Assembly (NCBI GenBank): GCA_951406725.2
Contig: OX597823.1
Span: 113,088,001-113,152,000 of the forward strand
Direction: 5' to 3'
Origin: Octopus vulgaris
Taxonomy: Eukaryota
DNA: 64,000 bases
In this document: positions 24,757 to 39,640 of the stretch, piece by piece
How positions within the stretch are numbered: the stretch's first letter is position 1
Layout of the letters: every line of letters begins with the position of its first letter
The notes under the pieces: generated by a model
Database searches by the model: none
What the model saw: only the letters and a program-made list of their open reading frames with translations
Told to the model about the DNA's origin: nothing
Made by a program: the position numbers and the translations under genes

Positions 24757-25903
24757 GTATACACACATATATATGTATACTCAGTGCAACGTGAAATGAA
24801 GTGTTTTGCTCAAGAACACAACTCACCATATAGAGAAAATTACCTCTCTACTCTTTACGCTGAGATTTGTTTTCCAAAGTTGATTATGTGAAGAATTACA
24901 TGGAACAGTACACCTTGAGAAGTTATAATCAAATTGATTTTCATCTGTTTAATTTCAATTCTAACAATAATTTCACATTGCAACATTTTTCTGCTGGTCA
25001 TAAACTGCACACTAGGCCATGGATTAATCGAATTCAATTCTAACAACAATTGACTACTATTCTCTGAGAATTCTTACCCTAGCATCGTTGTGCATCATAG
25101 ATGCTTATATTTCATTAAAATATTAATTCCATCCATTCTTACAAATGTGCATGTGAATGTCTCCTTTCCTTGATATCATTCCTGAGTGAGTTGTAAATAA
25201 GAATTACCACCTTACTTGTGGCGACTTTGTTTCCATTCTTCTATTAAACTATATTTGGCTATTTCACTGTCTGTATTTAAAGGACTAGGAGAAAATTTCC
25301 TTTTTTGGTAATTTCCTTTTGTGGCAACAAAATGGGCATTTCATCATAGAAAATCTACCTAAAAATATATAGTCTGACCAATGCGATTGTGTGGATATTA
25401 AAATATGATGATGAGATGATGATGTTGATATAAATACATTCTATATATTCTCATCTAATATCATCACCTTTTCATTATTTACTTTTCATTATCACGTTTT
25501 CAAACTTCGATCCATCTACAGTCCTTCATCTGACACCTAACTTATTCATTCTTATCTCCCTCTATCTGTCTTCCTGTCTGTCTGTCTATCTATCTACCTA
25601 TCCACTTATATCTCTCTCTTTCTTTCTCTCCCTCTCACCCTCTCTCTCTATATATATACACATACAGAGTCACAAACACAGACACACACACATATTAATA
25701 ACAAGAAACATTTCACTGATGGAGTTTTTATATTTTTATTAATGCATTGCTACACATGTTTCGGCATGACATGTATTTTTATGGTAATACATCACTATAT
25801 CCATTGGATATTATTAAATTTTATTTATAAAATCCATGGACCCTGATGGATTCCATTAATTTGACATGCATATTTCTCAAGGCAAACTTTCCATTAATGT
25901 TCG

Positions 25904-25972
<69 letters not shown>

Positions 25973-26505
25973 TTGTGTGTGTGTATGTGTGTGTGTGTGA
26001 GTGCGTGTGTGTGTGTGTTAGGTGTAAGAATGGATGGGATTAACATTTTGATGAAATATAGGCATGTGCGATACACATACACGTACATATACATATATAT
26101 ATAAATACAGACAAGGAGTATGAGAGATAGGCAAAACGATTGATAGATAACTGAAACGATAGATAGATAGATACATACATACATACATACATACATACAT
26201 ACATACATACATACATACATACATACATACATACATGCATGTATATTCATATATATGAGCGGGTGTTTGTGTAATGCAGAGTGAATTCTATTTTTCATTC
26301 TTTAAAGAAAGGAAATGAAAGTACTCTATTTCAGTTGCGTGTTAATTTCCTTCTTCATTTGTTTGTTTGATTCTTGGATGCCATTTTGTTGTCGAATACA
26401 GAAAAGGTTCTTTGATGTCAAGCAAAATGACAAACTGCATTCATAATGCATGCAAAGTTGTAGCGTCACTTTCGCATATTTCAGTGAAAGTAGCTATAAA
26501 AAACT

Positions 26506-26507
<2 letters not shown>

Positions 26508-26548
<41 letters not shown>

Positions 26549-26585
26549 CAACAATAATAATAATAATAATAATAACAACAACAAC

Positions 26586-26617
<32 letters not shown>

Positions 26618-26637
26618 TGATGATGATGATGATGATG

Positions 26638-26671
<34 letters not shown>

Positions 26672-26780
26672 TAATAATGATGATGATAATGATGATAATA
26701 ATAATAATAATAATAATAATGATAATAATAATAATGATAATGATAATAATAATAATGATACAATGATAATGATGATGATG
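26508..26780. repeat. (AAT)n/(AAC)n/(GAT)n microsatellite
   Basis: Visible triplet runs. Confidence 0.95.
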
Positions 26781-27928
26781 AGCAGGAGGAGGAGGGAGAA
26801 GAAGAACGGGAAGAAGAGGAGGACAGTTATTATGATATTGTTAACATGAACATTAAATGATATAGAAGACACGGTCGTTGAAAATGTATAAAAATTATTC
26901 ATATATAAATGTTTCATATAATTTATACGTGATAGTTAAAATCCTAATTTAAAAGCTAATTTTCGATACGAAATATGATGAATGAGAAGAGGATACCGAA
27001 AGTCGTTTTAAACAAATTTAAATGTACCAAAGAATGTGGAAAAATACAAGCACTAATTTTAGATTTAGACAATTTTCTCAACACCATTGATAAAAGTAAC
27101 GAATTACATGGAAGTATATATCAATGCTTAAAATAGAATGATATGTATGGATATTGTGTTGCAAATCCATTGATATAGTTAGAAATGGCCACGAATCATT
27201 AAAATTCTAGTTAAGTTCGCATACCGTTAATAGGAGATGGCTCTGAATTGTAGAAGTAAGCTTTGTTCTGTTTGTCGAAATCGAGTTATTAATGGATGTT
27301 TTGATACGCAAGGTGTGTAGCAGTTAGCATTTTTAGACTATCGGGTAGAAACTTCGTCGTATTTTCCCGGTTCTTTGTGCACGGTGTTCGATACCGCCTA
27401 AGCAAATCAAAAATTTTAATTCATCTTTTCGGAATCAATAATTAAGTCAAAATGTAATCCGCAGAAGTGGGTGTGCAGAAATTTGGGAAGCTAGAAAATG
27501 TTACCTTGCAGCGTTTTGTCCGTTTGCTTGTATTCCGAGTTGAGATCTCGCCAATGATTTGATTACATTTACGCTTTCCTTCAGCTTGTAGTATAGGACC
27601 TGCAAAGCGCCGTTAACACTTCCATATTTGCTGCTTTCACACATTTTCATAAAAAGGAAAACATAATATAACTCTAAGCAAGCTTACATGTAAACTATTC
27701 AATATGATCAAAAACATTCTCATCATTGCCAACGTCAAATGCTTTTCCATTTACTAATTCTACTCTACATGTAAAATGTTCGTTAAGTAGGCTCACTTTT
27801 CAACCACATGGTTTTGATTAGCGTCCCATGCAGCACATTTGGTACATGTTTTTTTATTACCATCCCGACCCATGTGAGAGAATTTGATAGATGAGAACAG
27901 TGGGATTCTCTCGTATTTATGTGTATAA

Positions 27929-28144
27929 GAGGGGGTGTTTAAAATGTTTGGCTTTAGGCATAAGAAAATACAAGAGGATCAGTAAATTATAATTTTATTC
28001 GCCATATTCCCCTCTCAGATTCACACACTTATTGCAGCGGTCCTTCAGTTTTTCTAAGCCCTGTAAATGAATTTGAAATATAGGGGCCTCCAATCAGGTC
28101 TTTTGTGATACCTTTAAAGCCAGAAACTTTTTAGCACCCCCGTC
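27929..28144. mobile_element. Mariner-type MITE (~215 bp)
   Basis: Imperfect TIRs GAGGGGGTGTTTAAAATGTTTGGCTTT / AAAGCCAGAAACTTTTTAGCACCCCC; the interior resembles a mariner transposase 3' end. Confidence 0.55.
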
Positions 28145-28639
28145 GTGTGTATAGATGTGTATGTGTGTGCGCACGCATGTATGCATGTATGTATGTATAT
28201 ATGTATGTATGTATGTATGTATATATGTAGGTATGTATGTATTTGTGTATGTATGTATGTATGTAAGTATGTATGCATGTATGTATGTATGTATATATTA
28301 TGTATATATTATGTATATATGTATGTACGTATGTGTGAGCTTGTTTGTGTATGTTAATAGGACATGTAGGGATTACATAAGAACCTACAGAGATTCAAGG
28401 CATTTCAACTCCTCGGATTATGCTAAAGTTATGCCAAAAGATAGTTCCGAACTTATACATACCGAACCCATTGGCATGCACAAACTCACATGCGAACTTG
28501 ACTGCACTGACTATTACCATAAACTATCTCTAACCACACTCCTGTCATTTTCCCTTATTATCTCATGTAAGTTTTAATATTTGATATTAATGACATTATT
28601 AATGTTATTAATATGAATCTTAAAGCGGAGGCATCGAGC

Positions 28640-28800
28640 AGGGAGAATTGCTAGCCCGCCGGGCATAATGCTTAGTGGTATTTCATCCATCTTTAAATTC
28701 TGCGTTCAAATTGTGCTGAGGTTGACTTTGCCTTTCATCATTTCGGAGTCGATGAAGCAAGAGCCAATTAAACACTGACTTCGATGAAATGGACTTCAAT
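28640..28800 (+). mobile_element. SINE family 2, degenerate
   Basis: GCCGGGCATAATGCTTAGTGGTATTTC...GTTCAAATT...GAGGTTGACTTTGCCTTTCATC. Confidence 0.7.
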
Positions 28801-29929
28801 ATATTTGATACTATGCTATGGTGGAAAAAGAAATACTGTGTCATTGTTAGTAATTAATAGTGTAGTACTAACTGCCAGAATATGTTTAATATGTACATTG
28901 GTCTATCATATAGTGCTTCACCGCTAAACGTAGTCGGTATTTAAGCAATGCGTTCGGGAATAGTTGATGGTTTGGATGTGGGGCTAATGAAAGGGTAATA
29001 ACACTTAGAATAAGCATATACAACCATCAATTATTTTTCTAGCTTCGCTAGTATTGCTTGTATCGGCGTATTCATATATGAATGGTGGTATTCGTATATG
29101 AATGCTGGTTCTGAATGCTATAGACAATATTATCTCTTCAAAGAGAGAGTATTGCACTGCTAATACGAAACATAAGTCACAGTATTCACTTGTAAACATT
29201 TAATATACCGGGTAACATACTATGTTTTCGAAACAAAATACTGTCTCCTTGCCACCAATTAATAAATTTTAACATGGTTGTAAAATTCCTTCTAATAATA
29301 ATTTTAATTATATACATGTTATATGTTTGTCTCTATCTATCTATCGCGCACACACACACATACACATATATGTATATTTATGTATCTGTGTACATATAAT
29401 CAACGTGTATGTGTGTGTGCGTATTTATGTACATATGTATGTATATACATATACTGTAATTTCAAACAATAAATTAAAAATCTACGTATTTTGTAGTGTA
29501 CTTTCCTGGCATTAAATCTCTCCGTCACTTCCATATATCTGTCGTTCTTTCTCCCAGTACCATTGTCTACAATATCCTGTTTGAAGTCCTGCAATATTTG
29601 TCTCATTGTGTGTTTGTTTATTATTGACTTTATTGCTTTCAATTCATGAAGTGAAACATCGCAAACAAATGCATAAAAACAACTCGAAAAACTCGTGAAT
29701 TATTCTCTAAAATGTTAAGTATTTCAATACATAACATTTGTAGCATTTCCGGAAACAGCTAATAATGTCTTTTGCCTTTATCTTTTTATAGTATGAAAGT
29801 TTGAGAGGGTTCCTGCAATCAGATTGTTGTTTCTATTGGAACAGGTTAGAAGTTTGTATGTTTGCGTACTCACATTTAAACATATAAACATAAACGCACG
29901 GACATACTTAAATATAATATATATATATA

Positions 29930-30340
29930 TATATATAAATTAGAAAAAAATCACTTTTTATCAATTCAAAATGAACAATTAAATTCCACCATCTAGAAAA
30001 TGACATATAATAGAAATATTAAAAATGAAATAACAATATTATACCGATGATTAAGTAAATTACAAAATAATAAAAAAAACGTATATATTTGGTATATATT
30101 ATTATTATTTTGCAATTTACTTAATCATCGGTATATTATTGTTATTTTATTTTTAATATTTCTATTATATGTAATTTTCTAGATGGTGTAATTTTATTGT
30201 TCATTTTGAATTGATAAAAGGTGTTTTTTTCTCATTTTTATATATATATTATATTTTGTGAAATTTTATTTAGTATTTCTAAATTGAATTTTTCCCTGTA
30301 CGTTAGGAATAATATTTCCCCAAATAATTATTATATATAT
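29930..30340. mobile_element. Foldback element: ~145-bp inverted arms plus a one-sided tail, in (TA)n
   Basis: 29930-30075 is the reverse complement of 30100-30250; unpaired 90-bp extension on the right. Confidence 0.6.
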
Positions 30341-31149
30341 ATACTGTTATGAGTGAAGCTGTACAAAATGTCTATTATATTTTTGATGTTGTCTCTGTTT
30401 TTTTTTTACATGGTTCTTTTCTATAAGACATAGAAATGTTTCTTGTATTTTAACACAGTTCGTATATTCAGCACTGCGCCCTTTTTTCTACCAACAGTAT
30501 GCTCTATTTTCTCAACAGTTACCTGTATTTGCATTAATCCCATATATAAATTGTAGCATTCTGTCGTTCCTACCTAACATTTGAATATCAGCAACAGTAA
30601 TTTTCGCTAACAGTTACCATCACCTATTTCTCCATACACTTTTCCACTACAATAAAACGATGTACCTACAGAACTGGTTCGTCTCTTTTACAATTGCTCC
30701 AACCCTGCTATCAATGTCTCTGTCTGTCTACATGGACATATCCCTATCTTTGGAGACATGCTACAGTTTATCAATTTCCCATTAAAACCAATAATTCTGG
30801 ACCTGAAAACTCAATGGTTTTGTATATTTGCAACTGAAATAATGTAAACACAAATATACACAGGTATACATACGGGCCTTCATATATATATACCTTCATA
30901 AATACATACGAACTTACATGCATACATACACACATATATACGTACATACATGCATATACACACACACACATATATATATATATGTGTTTGAGGATGTGTG
31001 TATATGTGTATGTGTATTTATATGTATTTATGTATGTGTGCATTTGAATGTTTGCTGCCATGCGCGTTTGTCGTATGCGTTTGTTTAGAGTTTACCATGC
31101 GCGTTTGTGTATAGATATGTAGCGCTTAGTGAAATACGTTATCTCTCTT

Positions 31150-32142
31150 TGAGAGATATAATACAAATGCGGACGTGGCCTATAACAACCGGCCTTCGGC
31201 TGCTTAGGCCCGGTTTTGTCCGCTGCTCCGATTAGGTGGTTTTGGTGCAGTTTTAACTCTTGCTTTATTTTGCGCCAATGTGTAAACCAACCAATCGCAG
31301 CCTTCAGATAAGGTCCCGTGACACACTTCTAAATGTTTCGTTTGAGCTACCTGATCTCTTTAAAAGCTAGATCAACAAACCGTATTGGGTCTTTGGTTCT
31401 AGTCCTTCTTAGGACTAACCTCTGACACAGAGCGACTCAGCCAGTTCCAGTTCCATCGACCACGACCCCAACACCACCTGCAGCATTTCAGGACCTTTCA
31501 CCACCGTTGTCGTCATCTTACCGTTGCCTTTCACCACCGTAGCCTTTCAGCTTATCGACACTACCAACATGTCTACGTACACACCAACATCAACATTGCC
31601 CAGGTGTAACTACACGCTGTTTGTGAATACTCACCAAGGTAAACAGCTAACTCTACCTGGGAGAATTTCTGTACCAAAGTAACTCGTCACGGCATTGAAG
31701 TCACAACCGCTGTACGACAGGTGTTCAACCGGCATCTGCCTTGTAACCCCAACTTCATTGATACAGAACTATTACTATTTCGTTTCTTACTACGAACTGG
31801 TATTTATTTACATCTTGTGTGATCTACTTGTAGCGTCCTCAGAAACTCTTTTCTATGCTCTGTATTATTATCCCACACTTATAAAGCACACACGTACACA
31901 GGCACTGTTATGACACGAACACACAGACACACATTACTGTCGCACTCACGTACACACGCTCTGTTACCCACATGTTAATATCTGAATCTTTCTCTTAAAC
32001 ATTACACGGTTGTGTTTTCTCCTTATTCATTGTGGCACTCTTATTCATTATCCAACATATTTGGCTTCATTGTAAGGCGACCGTGTGGAGTTAAAAAGGA
32101 GACATTCCTTCGTCGCCATCTCCTTTCGTACGGTCGTTTTAC
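31150..32142. mobile_element. Possible solo LTR or other interspersed repeat
   Basis: ~1-kb GC-richer non-coding block bounded by TG...ACA; no TSD seen. Confidence 0.3.
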
Positions 32143-33384
32143 AGATGCATGTGCAGGTACGTGTAAGTGGGTACTGTAAAATATTTTGAAAAGAGGCCAA
32201 ATGAAAGGATGTGATGATACAACTCATTTTGATAATATCTTTATAATATTTTCCCCAGATTTAATATTTATTATATTTAATATAATATTTCCCCCAGATT
32301 TTCTAAACCATATATCTCGAGACATTACCGGACATTGCCGAAAATCCTGCGAAAATTAAATTATATCACATTAAATTTTTCTGCTCGTGCAGATGCAATC
32401 GCAAAGCAGTGTAATCTGCTCCAATAGAAGAGCTTCAGTAAGGTTCTGTTTAATGGAGTTTGTGCTGTGTATCACGCACATTATATTCTCCATTGATTAT
32501 TCATTGTGACCTTAGAGATATCCTAAAGACATATACTGAGGTGTCTGTAATTCTTGGCATGAGATCTGCTTTCTTTTATATGAATGAAACAAAACAATGC
32601 ACTCTTTCATATTTTTAGTTGAACCTACAACAACCGAGAAAGATTTGGATAGTTAAAGTAGGGTTTGGCTATGTATATTTGCATTTTAAAGAGAATTTTC
32701 AGAAAAAATATCAGAGCTTATTGCTCACCTTAGTCTACATATATCGATATAATTGATGTGATATAGTTTCAGTTGAAGAAATGATTTCCAATTGATTTGT
32801 GTAACAGAGACACTGTTAAACAAGGTGTGTTGTCCTATCAATATTTTCTCTATTTTATAAATCCTAACTTTATGTAAGTGGCATATATAGCTTTCTGTTT
32901 GTCTCTCTCCTTCTCTCTCTCACTCTTTGTATCACTTTATTATATCGTTCCTTTGTGAAATTCATCATAACATTTTATAGAATAGTTATACATTTTATAA
33001 ACACACACACACACACACATATATATAGTAGGAGGAGGGATATAATATCTAGGCAGACAAAGAATTTCTCAATGTAAAATGTCAAGGCTGGTTCCTTCAG
33101 GCGGTGCGTTTTATGGTAAATTTCCTTTAACTCCCATCAGATGTTACAGTCTTTTACTGGCTACTTAGAGTGTAAAGCACAATATTGATAATAAGGAGAA
33201 TGAAGAATTTGAACATTCAAACTTCATGTTTATTCACAGTTGGCTTATTCATAATAATAGTCCGGCATGCGTTACGATCGCATTAATTGCATATTGTGCC
33301 ATATTTATATGTAGCGATTTATGCATTATTAATGCATATTATTAATAGGACATTATTTATGCATTATTAATAGGACATTATCAA

Positions 33385-33672
33385 TAGTGACATTTTTACC
33401 TTCCACGACTAGTACAGGATGATGTTCATACAAGTAAGCAGGTGTGCTGAGTTTCTAGCCTTTACATATTTTCCAATATATATACTGTCTTAACCTATCG
33501 TGGAGATTTTTGTATTTGTTTGGTGACAGCACAGGAAATCCTGAGACTAGATGGTCTCTTGTTTCGTCAGATGTGTCGCAGAATCTATCTCCATTTAGGG
33601 TCAGAACTGTTGTGAGCAAGCTTTGATCTTGCGCCTCTGCTTTCAGTCCTGAGTTTCTCAGCCACTGATCGG
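33385..33672 (-). mobile_element. R4/Dong internal fragment
   Basis: DQWLRNSGLKAE, AQDQSLLT, RFCDTSDETRDHLVSG, HDRLRQYIYWKICK; 5' side joins (GAT)n/(AAT)n. Confidence 0.8.
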
Positions 33673-33740
33673 TCGTCGTCGTCATCGTCGTCATCATCAT
33701 CATCGTCATCATCATCATCATTATTATTATTATGATTATG

Positions 33741-33806
<66 letters not shown>

Positions 33807-33807
33807 C

Positions 33808-33905
33808 AGGCGGCCAGCTAGAAGAATCGTTAGCACGCCGGGAGAAATACTTCGCGGTATTTCTTCTGTCACTACGTTCTGAGTTCAAATTCCGCCGAAG
33901 TCATC
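33808..33905 (+). mobile_element. SINE family 2 head
   Basis: GGCGGCCAGCTAGAAGAATCGTTAGCACGCCGGG...GAGTTCAAATTCCGCC, directly after (ATT)n. Confidence 0.75.
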
Positions 33906-34333
33906 TTATCTTTAAGATAAAAAGGTTGGCTATATTTTCATAATGATAAGAGTAAAATCAATTCAATTTAAATATAGTCACTCATCAGGTCCATAATAAA
34001 AACAATAAAATAATAAAATAAATATACGTATATTACCTTATAAGAAAATATAAATATATATAAAAATATGTAATTTTTCAATAAAAAATCGAACAAAATA
34101 GGTGTTTCAATAGGTGTAGAAACTGATACTAAATTCTGTTTGAAAATATAGCCACGAAACATGTGTAGTCTATTTACTAATTATATACTATTTATTTAAT
34201 ATTTCGTAATTCATATAGTTCTAGATAAATGTTTCATTGCATCTTTAATTTTTTTTAGATGGTATAATTTAAGTATATATTGTTGCATTGCTACATGTAT
34301 ATACATGCATACATACATACATACATACATACA

Positions 34334-34382
<49 letters not shown>

Positions 34383-34630
34383 AACAAAATAACAACAAGG
34401 ATATCCAGAGGTAATGCAGTACGATAGTTTCATGCAACTCTACTGCATTATCTCCGGACATCCTTGTTGATTATTTTGATTTTAATCACCTTATTTTGGA
34501 AATGTATGGATGATACCGTGCTAAATTCTGGTGCCTCATCACCTGGTGCCATATTCATCTGAATCTACATTTTTGTTGAACTCATCAACCATACCTAAAA
34601 TACACACACACATATGTATATATATATATA

Positions 34631-36055
34631 TAGCCCCGGTGAAGCTTTCCATATGTAGATTATTACATATCTGTCAAGCCTTCGCTCCAGGGAATAAAGT
34701 TGTAGGATTTTTCAGCCGCTTTCTCTAGCTTTTCTGATGCATTGCTTCAAACTTTTTACGTTGAACCACTTCAGCTCCACTGGTTAGTTTAGCACTATGT
34801 GATGACAAAAGCTAAGAGCAGGCGGCTCAAATCAAAGGTCCTTCGCGCGGGTCAATATAATATCGTGGTCTTTTGTCTTGAAGGATCTTAGTATCCATCC
34901 ACTCAGTTGCATACACTTTGCTGCCATCTTAGTACTGTGCACAACAAATGATGTATATAAATATAATGCACAAGAGAAAGAGCTATTAATGGTTTCATGC
35001 CTATATATATGGCGTATTTTATAAATATGCCTGTTCAAGTGACGTAGAAGCATGAAATTATTAGAATCTCTTTCAGTTGTGTATTAAATTAATATTTATC
35101 TCTCACTGGATGGAGTACTTTTTTGTTGATTCTACCTCTATTGGATCTGTAAACTATATGAGATTTAAAATACATGATACATTCTCGCATCCTTATGAAA
35201 ATAATTCTCCCAAATATCTTTATGACGTAAAATATTGCCCACATTAACAACATTTGTATATATATATAAAGTTTAAATATGAATTTTAAAATCGAGGAAA
35301 CAAAACTTACGAAAATGTATGGACAATACATACATACAACAATGCAGATATGTATATATATATGTGTGTGTGTGTACGAGCGCGTGCATGTTTAGTAAAA
35401 TAGAAATATTCCGTTTATGGCATAGGATATTCGTATCTACATAACCTGAGACATATGTAAAATACAATCGATAATCAATCATAATGAGAAAAACAAAGAT
35501 AAAAAGGCCTGTTATTATGCATAATATCACTGCTTGTTGCTACGTTCAACAATGTGATCGGTAACCTTAATACTCTTCACTTACCTTGATTACTTGACGT
35601 TGTGTCTATGCTTCAGGTTAATGTGTATATATTTGTATAGGCGCTATCTTTTATTTACGTAAATATGTATATATGCACATATATGCATCTATACGTATGT
35701 GAATTTTGAGACTATGTGAATCTGCGAGTTGATAATTATATGGATATATATAAGTACGTGTATGCATAAATATATATATATATATATATATATCAATGCA
35801 ATCAAATGTTTAGGTATGAATGTGTAATAAAAATAATGCATAATACATCCACATATATACACATGTATGTACATTTGGATTCGTATTTAACGCAGGTATG
35901 CATATGTGTGTATGTGTGAGCACACGTGTGCATGTGAGTATGAGCGTGAATATGTATGTGTGTATGTATCTGAGTTGAGTTACGCATTTTTGTAGCATTG
36001 GTTATGTTGGTACATGTACAAATATAAACGCTTAAACACACACAAGTACACACAC
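34631..36055 (-). repeat. Left arm of ~1.4-kb inverted duplication
   Basis: Reverse complement of 38205-39677; matching ORF-track peptides on opposite strands. Confidence 0.92.
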
Positions 36056-36227
36056 GCACGCACACAAACGCATAATCGCGGTGATGGTCTGTGCGCCGAT
36101 ATGTGCGTCTAAATAAAACAGAAGCACCAAAATATCGTTCCACTATCGAGTGTTCACGAACGTTTTAATTAATGCAGAATCATATATCTTATTCAAGGCA
36201 AGAAGGTGCAATCTTATTTTATGCCTG

Positions 36228-36605
36228 TAACCGTTATGTAAACCTCCTCGAGGAATGTGAAGATGCAGGCTGGAAAGCAGAGCATTTTCCAATCGAAGTC
36301 GGATGTAGAGGGTTCGTTCGACACAGTGTGAGACGACTGTTGTTATCGTTAGTCCTAACTCATCGTAAAGTCAATACTACCATGACTGATATCCAAACTA
36401 CAGTGGAGAAGGCTAGCCACTGGATTTGGTTAAAAAGAGACGATGAGTGGTGGCTAGAAGAATATTGAGCTTTATTTGATAACCAGCTGATCTAGCAAGC
36501 GGGGCCTCATATCAGTGAGGCCGGTGCGCATTGATGCCGTCGAGATGTAGGCCCCGAAACGGTGTGCATTCTCTCCTGATGACCCCATACACTTGCTGGC
36601 TTCCG
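36228..36605 (+). mobile_element. 3' fragment of a Hero-like RLE non-LTR retrotransposon
   Basis: YVNLLEECEDAGWKAEHFPIEVGCRGFV...VEKASHWIWLKRDD matches the Hero C-terminal pattern; structured 3' UTR follows. Confidence 0.75.
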
Positions 36606-38135
36606 GTATACGGAGTTATTGACTGGTAGCACTTGCATGTGCAAGTTGTTTGCAAGACATATGTCTGTGTATGAAGGTGAACATATATGTACATATTTAA
36701 ACACTCACACATGTTTAAATATGCTTTATATGCAAGATTGACACTAATAATGAGTTCACTATTTCCCGTTAAATGTGATTGGAACTGCCTTACAACCGCC
36801 AAGTACAGGACTAATTGCAAAAGCATAACCATTATTATCTTCTATAAGTTCTTACTAATACCTCCATAAACCATATTCATATAATTAGCCAATATCAACA
36901 AGTATTATTCTATTACAGATGTAGTGAATGCTTGATTTATCCTCTTCCTGTGTTTTAACTCATCCTACTCAGAGGTCCGTGCATTCGTGAACATTGTCAG
37001 CGCACAGTTGCACTTTTACAAATATTGTCACTCTGAATGTTCCGTCCTTATAAACTATCTGGATTCTTATTCATAATTGTAAAAAACAAAAATGCGCGAA
37101 CTATGATCATCCAAGTATTAACGTACTCGGTGGCCTCAACATGGAGTAATATTTTCTCAAATTCCAAGGAAGAAGTTATCAAGTAAATTATAGGTACATC
37201 TTCAATATTGAAAATAGTTGGACAAAATTAAATTCTGAAAGGAATTCCGATTGAGGAATTGCCAATGGTACAAGAGGTCACAAAGATTTAATAAAGATAG
37301 GGCCTCTGCTGGTTGAATCTTCCATGGTATAAGTCTGTTAAACACATCTTCGTTTGTTGAAAAAAAATGAGAAAACCTATCCCTACTGGAATTCGAACTC
37401 ACATGCTAAACGGAGATATCTAAAATACCCGAAGCCATCTAATTTTCCGTGCTACATATTTTGATCCTCTACCACTACAAATACTCTTACAATCCTAAAC
37501 CTAATTGCTTCTTAGAATGACATCGATATATAGAAATAGCTGAGAAGGTTTACCCATCTATAGCAGTGTAACAACGGAGAAAATAGATTTACTAAATATA
37601 TAGAACACATATACGATTCTTTAGAGAAGCCATGTGTATGAACGTTCATACCTTGGGGTCTTAGAGAAAATAACTACACCAAACAGTTATTATGAACGGA
37701 CAGATACTTGTGTTCACATGTCATTCTACAAAATTCAGCATAACAAAAAATAGACGCGACAAAGTGAATTACACAAAATTATATAATCCCCATGCACAAT
37801 CTTCTGATGGATATTGAACCATAATTCTGTTAAACAGATTAAAATGGAAAACGTGAATGATGCAATTTAGAGTTTCGTAGATTAAATGAGGAAACCCATC
37901 TTGAAATAGCAATATCATGCAAAAATCTATCTGGTTTAGTCTTAGCAATAATCTAATAGTAACCTTCTCGAAAATTATTCTGCTATTTCCATAGCATCGC
38001 TGACTTGTTGAAGAAACCTCGACAGTGACTAATGAGTTTTGTCGAGATATTGTCAACAATGCAATTAGCTATACATCTACATATATCCATGCCTCGATAC
38101 ACACGTACACGCACTCGACTATAAACTAATGTATG

Positions 38136-38166
<31 letters not shown>

Positions 38167-38204
38167 GTTTGTGTATGTGCGTGTGAGCGTGTATGTGTGT
38201 GCAT

Positions 38205-39594
38205 GTGTGTATTTATGAGTGTGTTTAAGTGTTTATGTGCGGAAGTGTACCAACATAGACAATGCTACAAAAATGCGTAACTCACGCTCACACACACATA
38301 CAAATTCACGCTCACACCCACATGTACACACCCATGCTCACACATACACACACATGCATACCTATATTAAATACGAATCCAAATGTACATACATGTGTAT
38401 ATATGTGGATGTATTATGCATTATTTTTATTACACATTCATACCTAAACATTTGATTGCATTGATATATATATATATATATATATTTATGCATACACGTA
38501 CTTATATATATCCATATAATTATCAACTCGCAGATTCACATAGTCTCAAAATTCACATACGCATAGATGCATATATGTGCATATATACATATTTACGTAA
38601 ATAAAAGATAGCGCCTATACAAATATATACAAATTAACCTGACACAGAGAAACAACGTCAAGTAATCAAGGTAAGTGAAGAGTATTAAGGTTACCGATCA
38701 CATTGTTGAACGTAGCAACAAGCAGTGATATTATGCATAATAACAGGCCCTTTTTCTCTTTGTTTTTCTCATTATGATTGATTATCGATTGTATTTTACA
38801 TATGTCTCAGGTTATGTAGATACGAATATCCTATGCCATAGACGGAATATTTCTATTTTACTAAACATGCACGCGCTCGTACACACATATACACACATAT
38901 ATATATACATATCTGCATTGTTGTATGTATGTATTGTCCATACATTTTCGTAAGTTTTGTTTCCTCGATTTTAAAATTCATATTTAAACTTTATATATAT
39001 ATACAAATGTTTTTAATGTGGGCAATATTTTACGTCATAAAGATATTTGGGAGAATTATTTTCATAAGGATGCGAGAATGTATCATGTATTTTAAATCTC
39101 ATATAGTTTACAGATCCAATAGAGGTGGAATCAACAAAAAAGTACTCCATCCAGTGAGAGATAAATATTAATTTAATACACAACTGAAAGAGATTCTAAT
39201 AATTTCATGCTTCTACGTTACTTGAACAGGCATATTTATAAAATACGCCATATATATAGGCATGAAACCATTAATAGCTCTTTCTCTTGTGCATTATATT
39301 TATATACATCATTTGTTGTGCACGGTACTAAGATGGCAGCAAAGTGTAGGCAACTGAGTGGATGGATACTAAGGTCCTTCAAGACAAGAAATCAACATAT
39401 TATGTTGACCCTTGTGAAGGACCTTTGTTTTGAGCCGCCTGCTATCAGCTTTGTTCGGTCACCACATAATGTTAAACTAACAGTGGAGATTCCAGTGGTC
39501 CAATGTCAACACACTAAAATTTTGAAAGAATGCATCAGAAAAGCTACAGAGAGAGACTGAAAAATACTACAACTTTATTCCCTGGAGCAAAGGC

Positions 39595-39640
<46 letters not shown>

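Noticed and set aside
25750-25800. GAAACATGT half of a hammerhead motif on the minus strand
   Set aside because: No CTGANGA partner or stem II found nearby.
36549-36585. Type II hammerhead in the Hero 3' UTR (GAAAC ... CTGATGA)
   Set aside because: The required stem II (CCCC versus CCCC) cannot pair.
34832-39560. Duplicated small protein genes (MLLR.LNRHIYK, MYCPYIFVS ORFs)
   Set aside because: They recur only because of the inverted duplication; low-complexity or LINE-derived with no gene structure.
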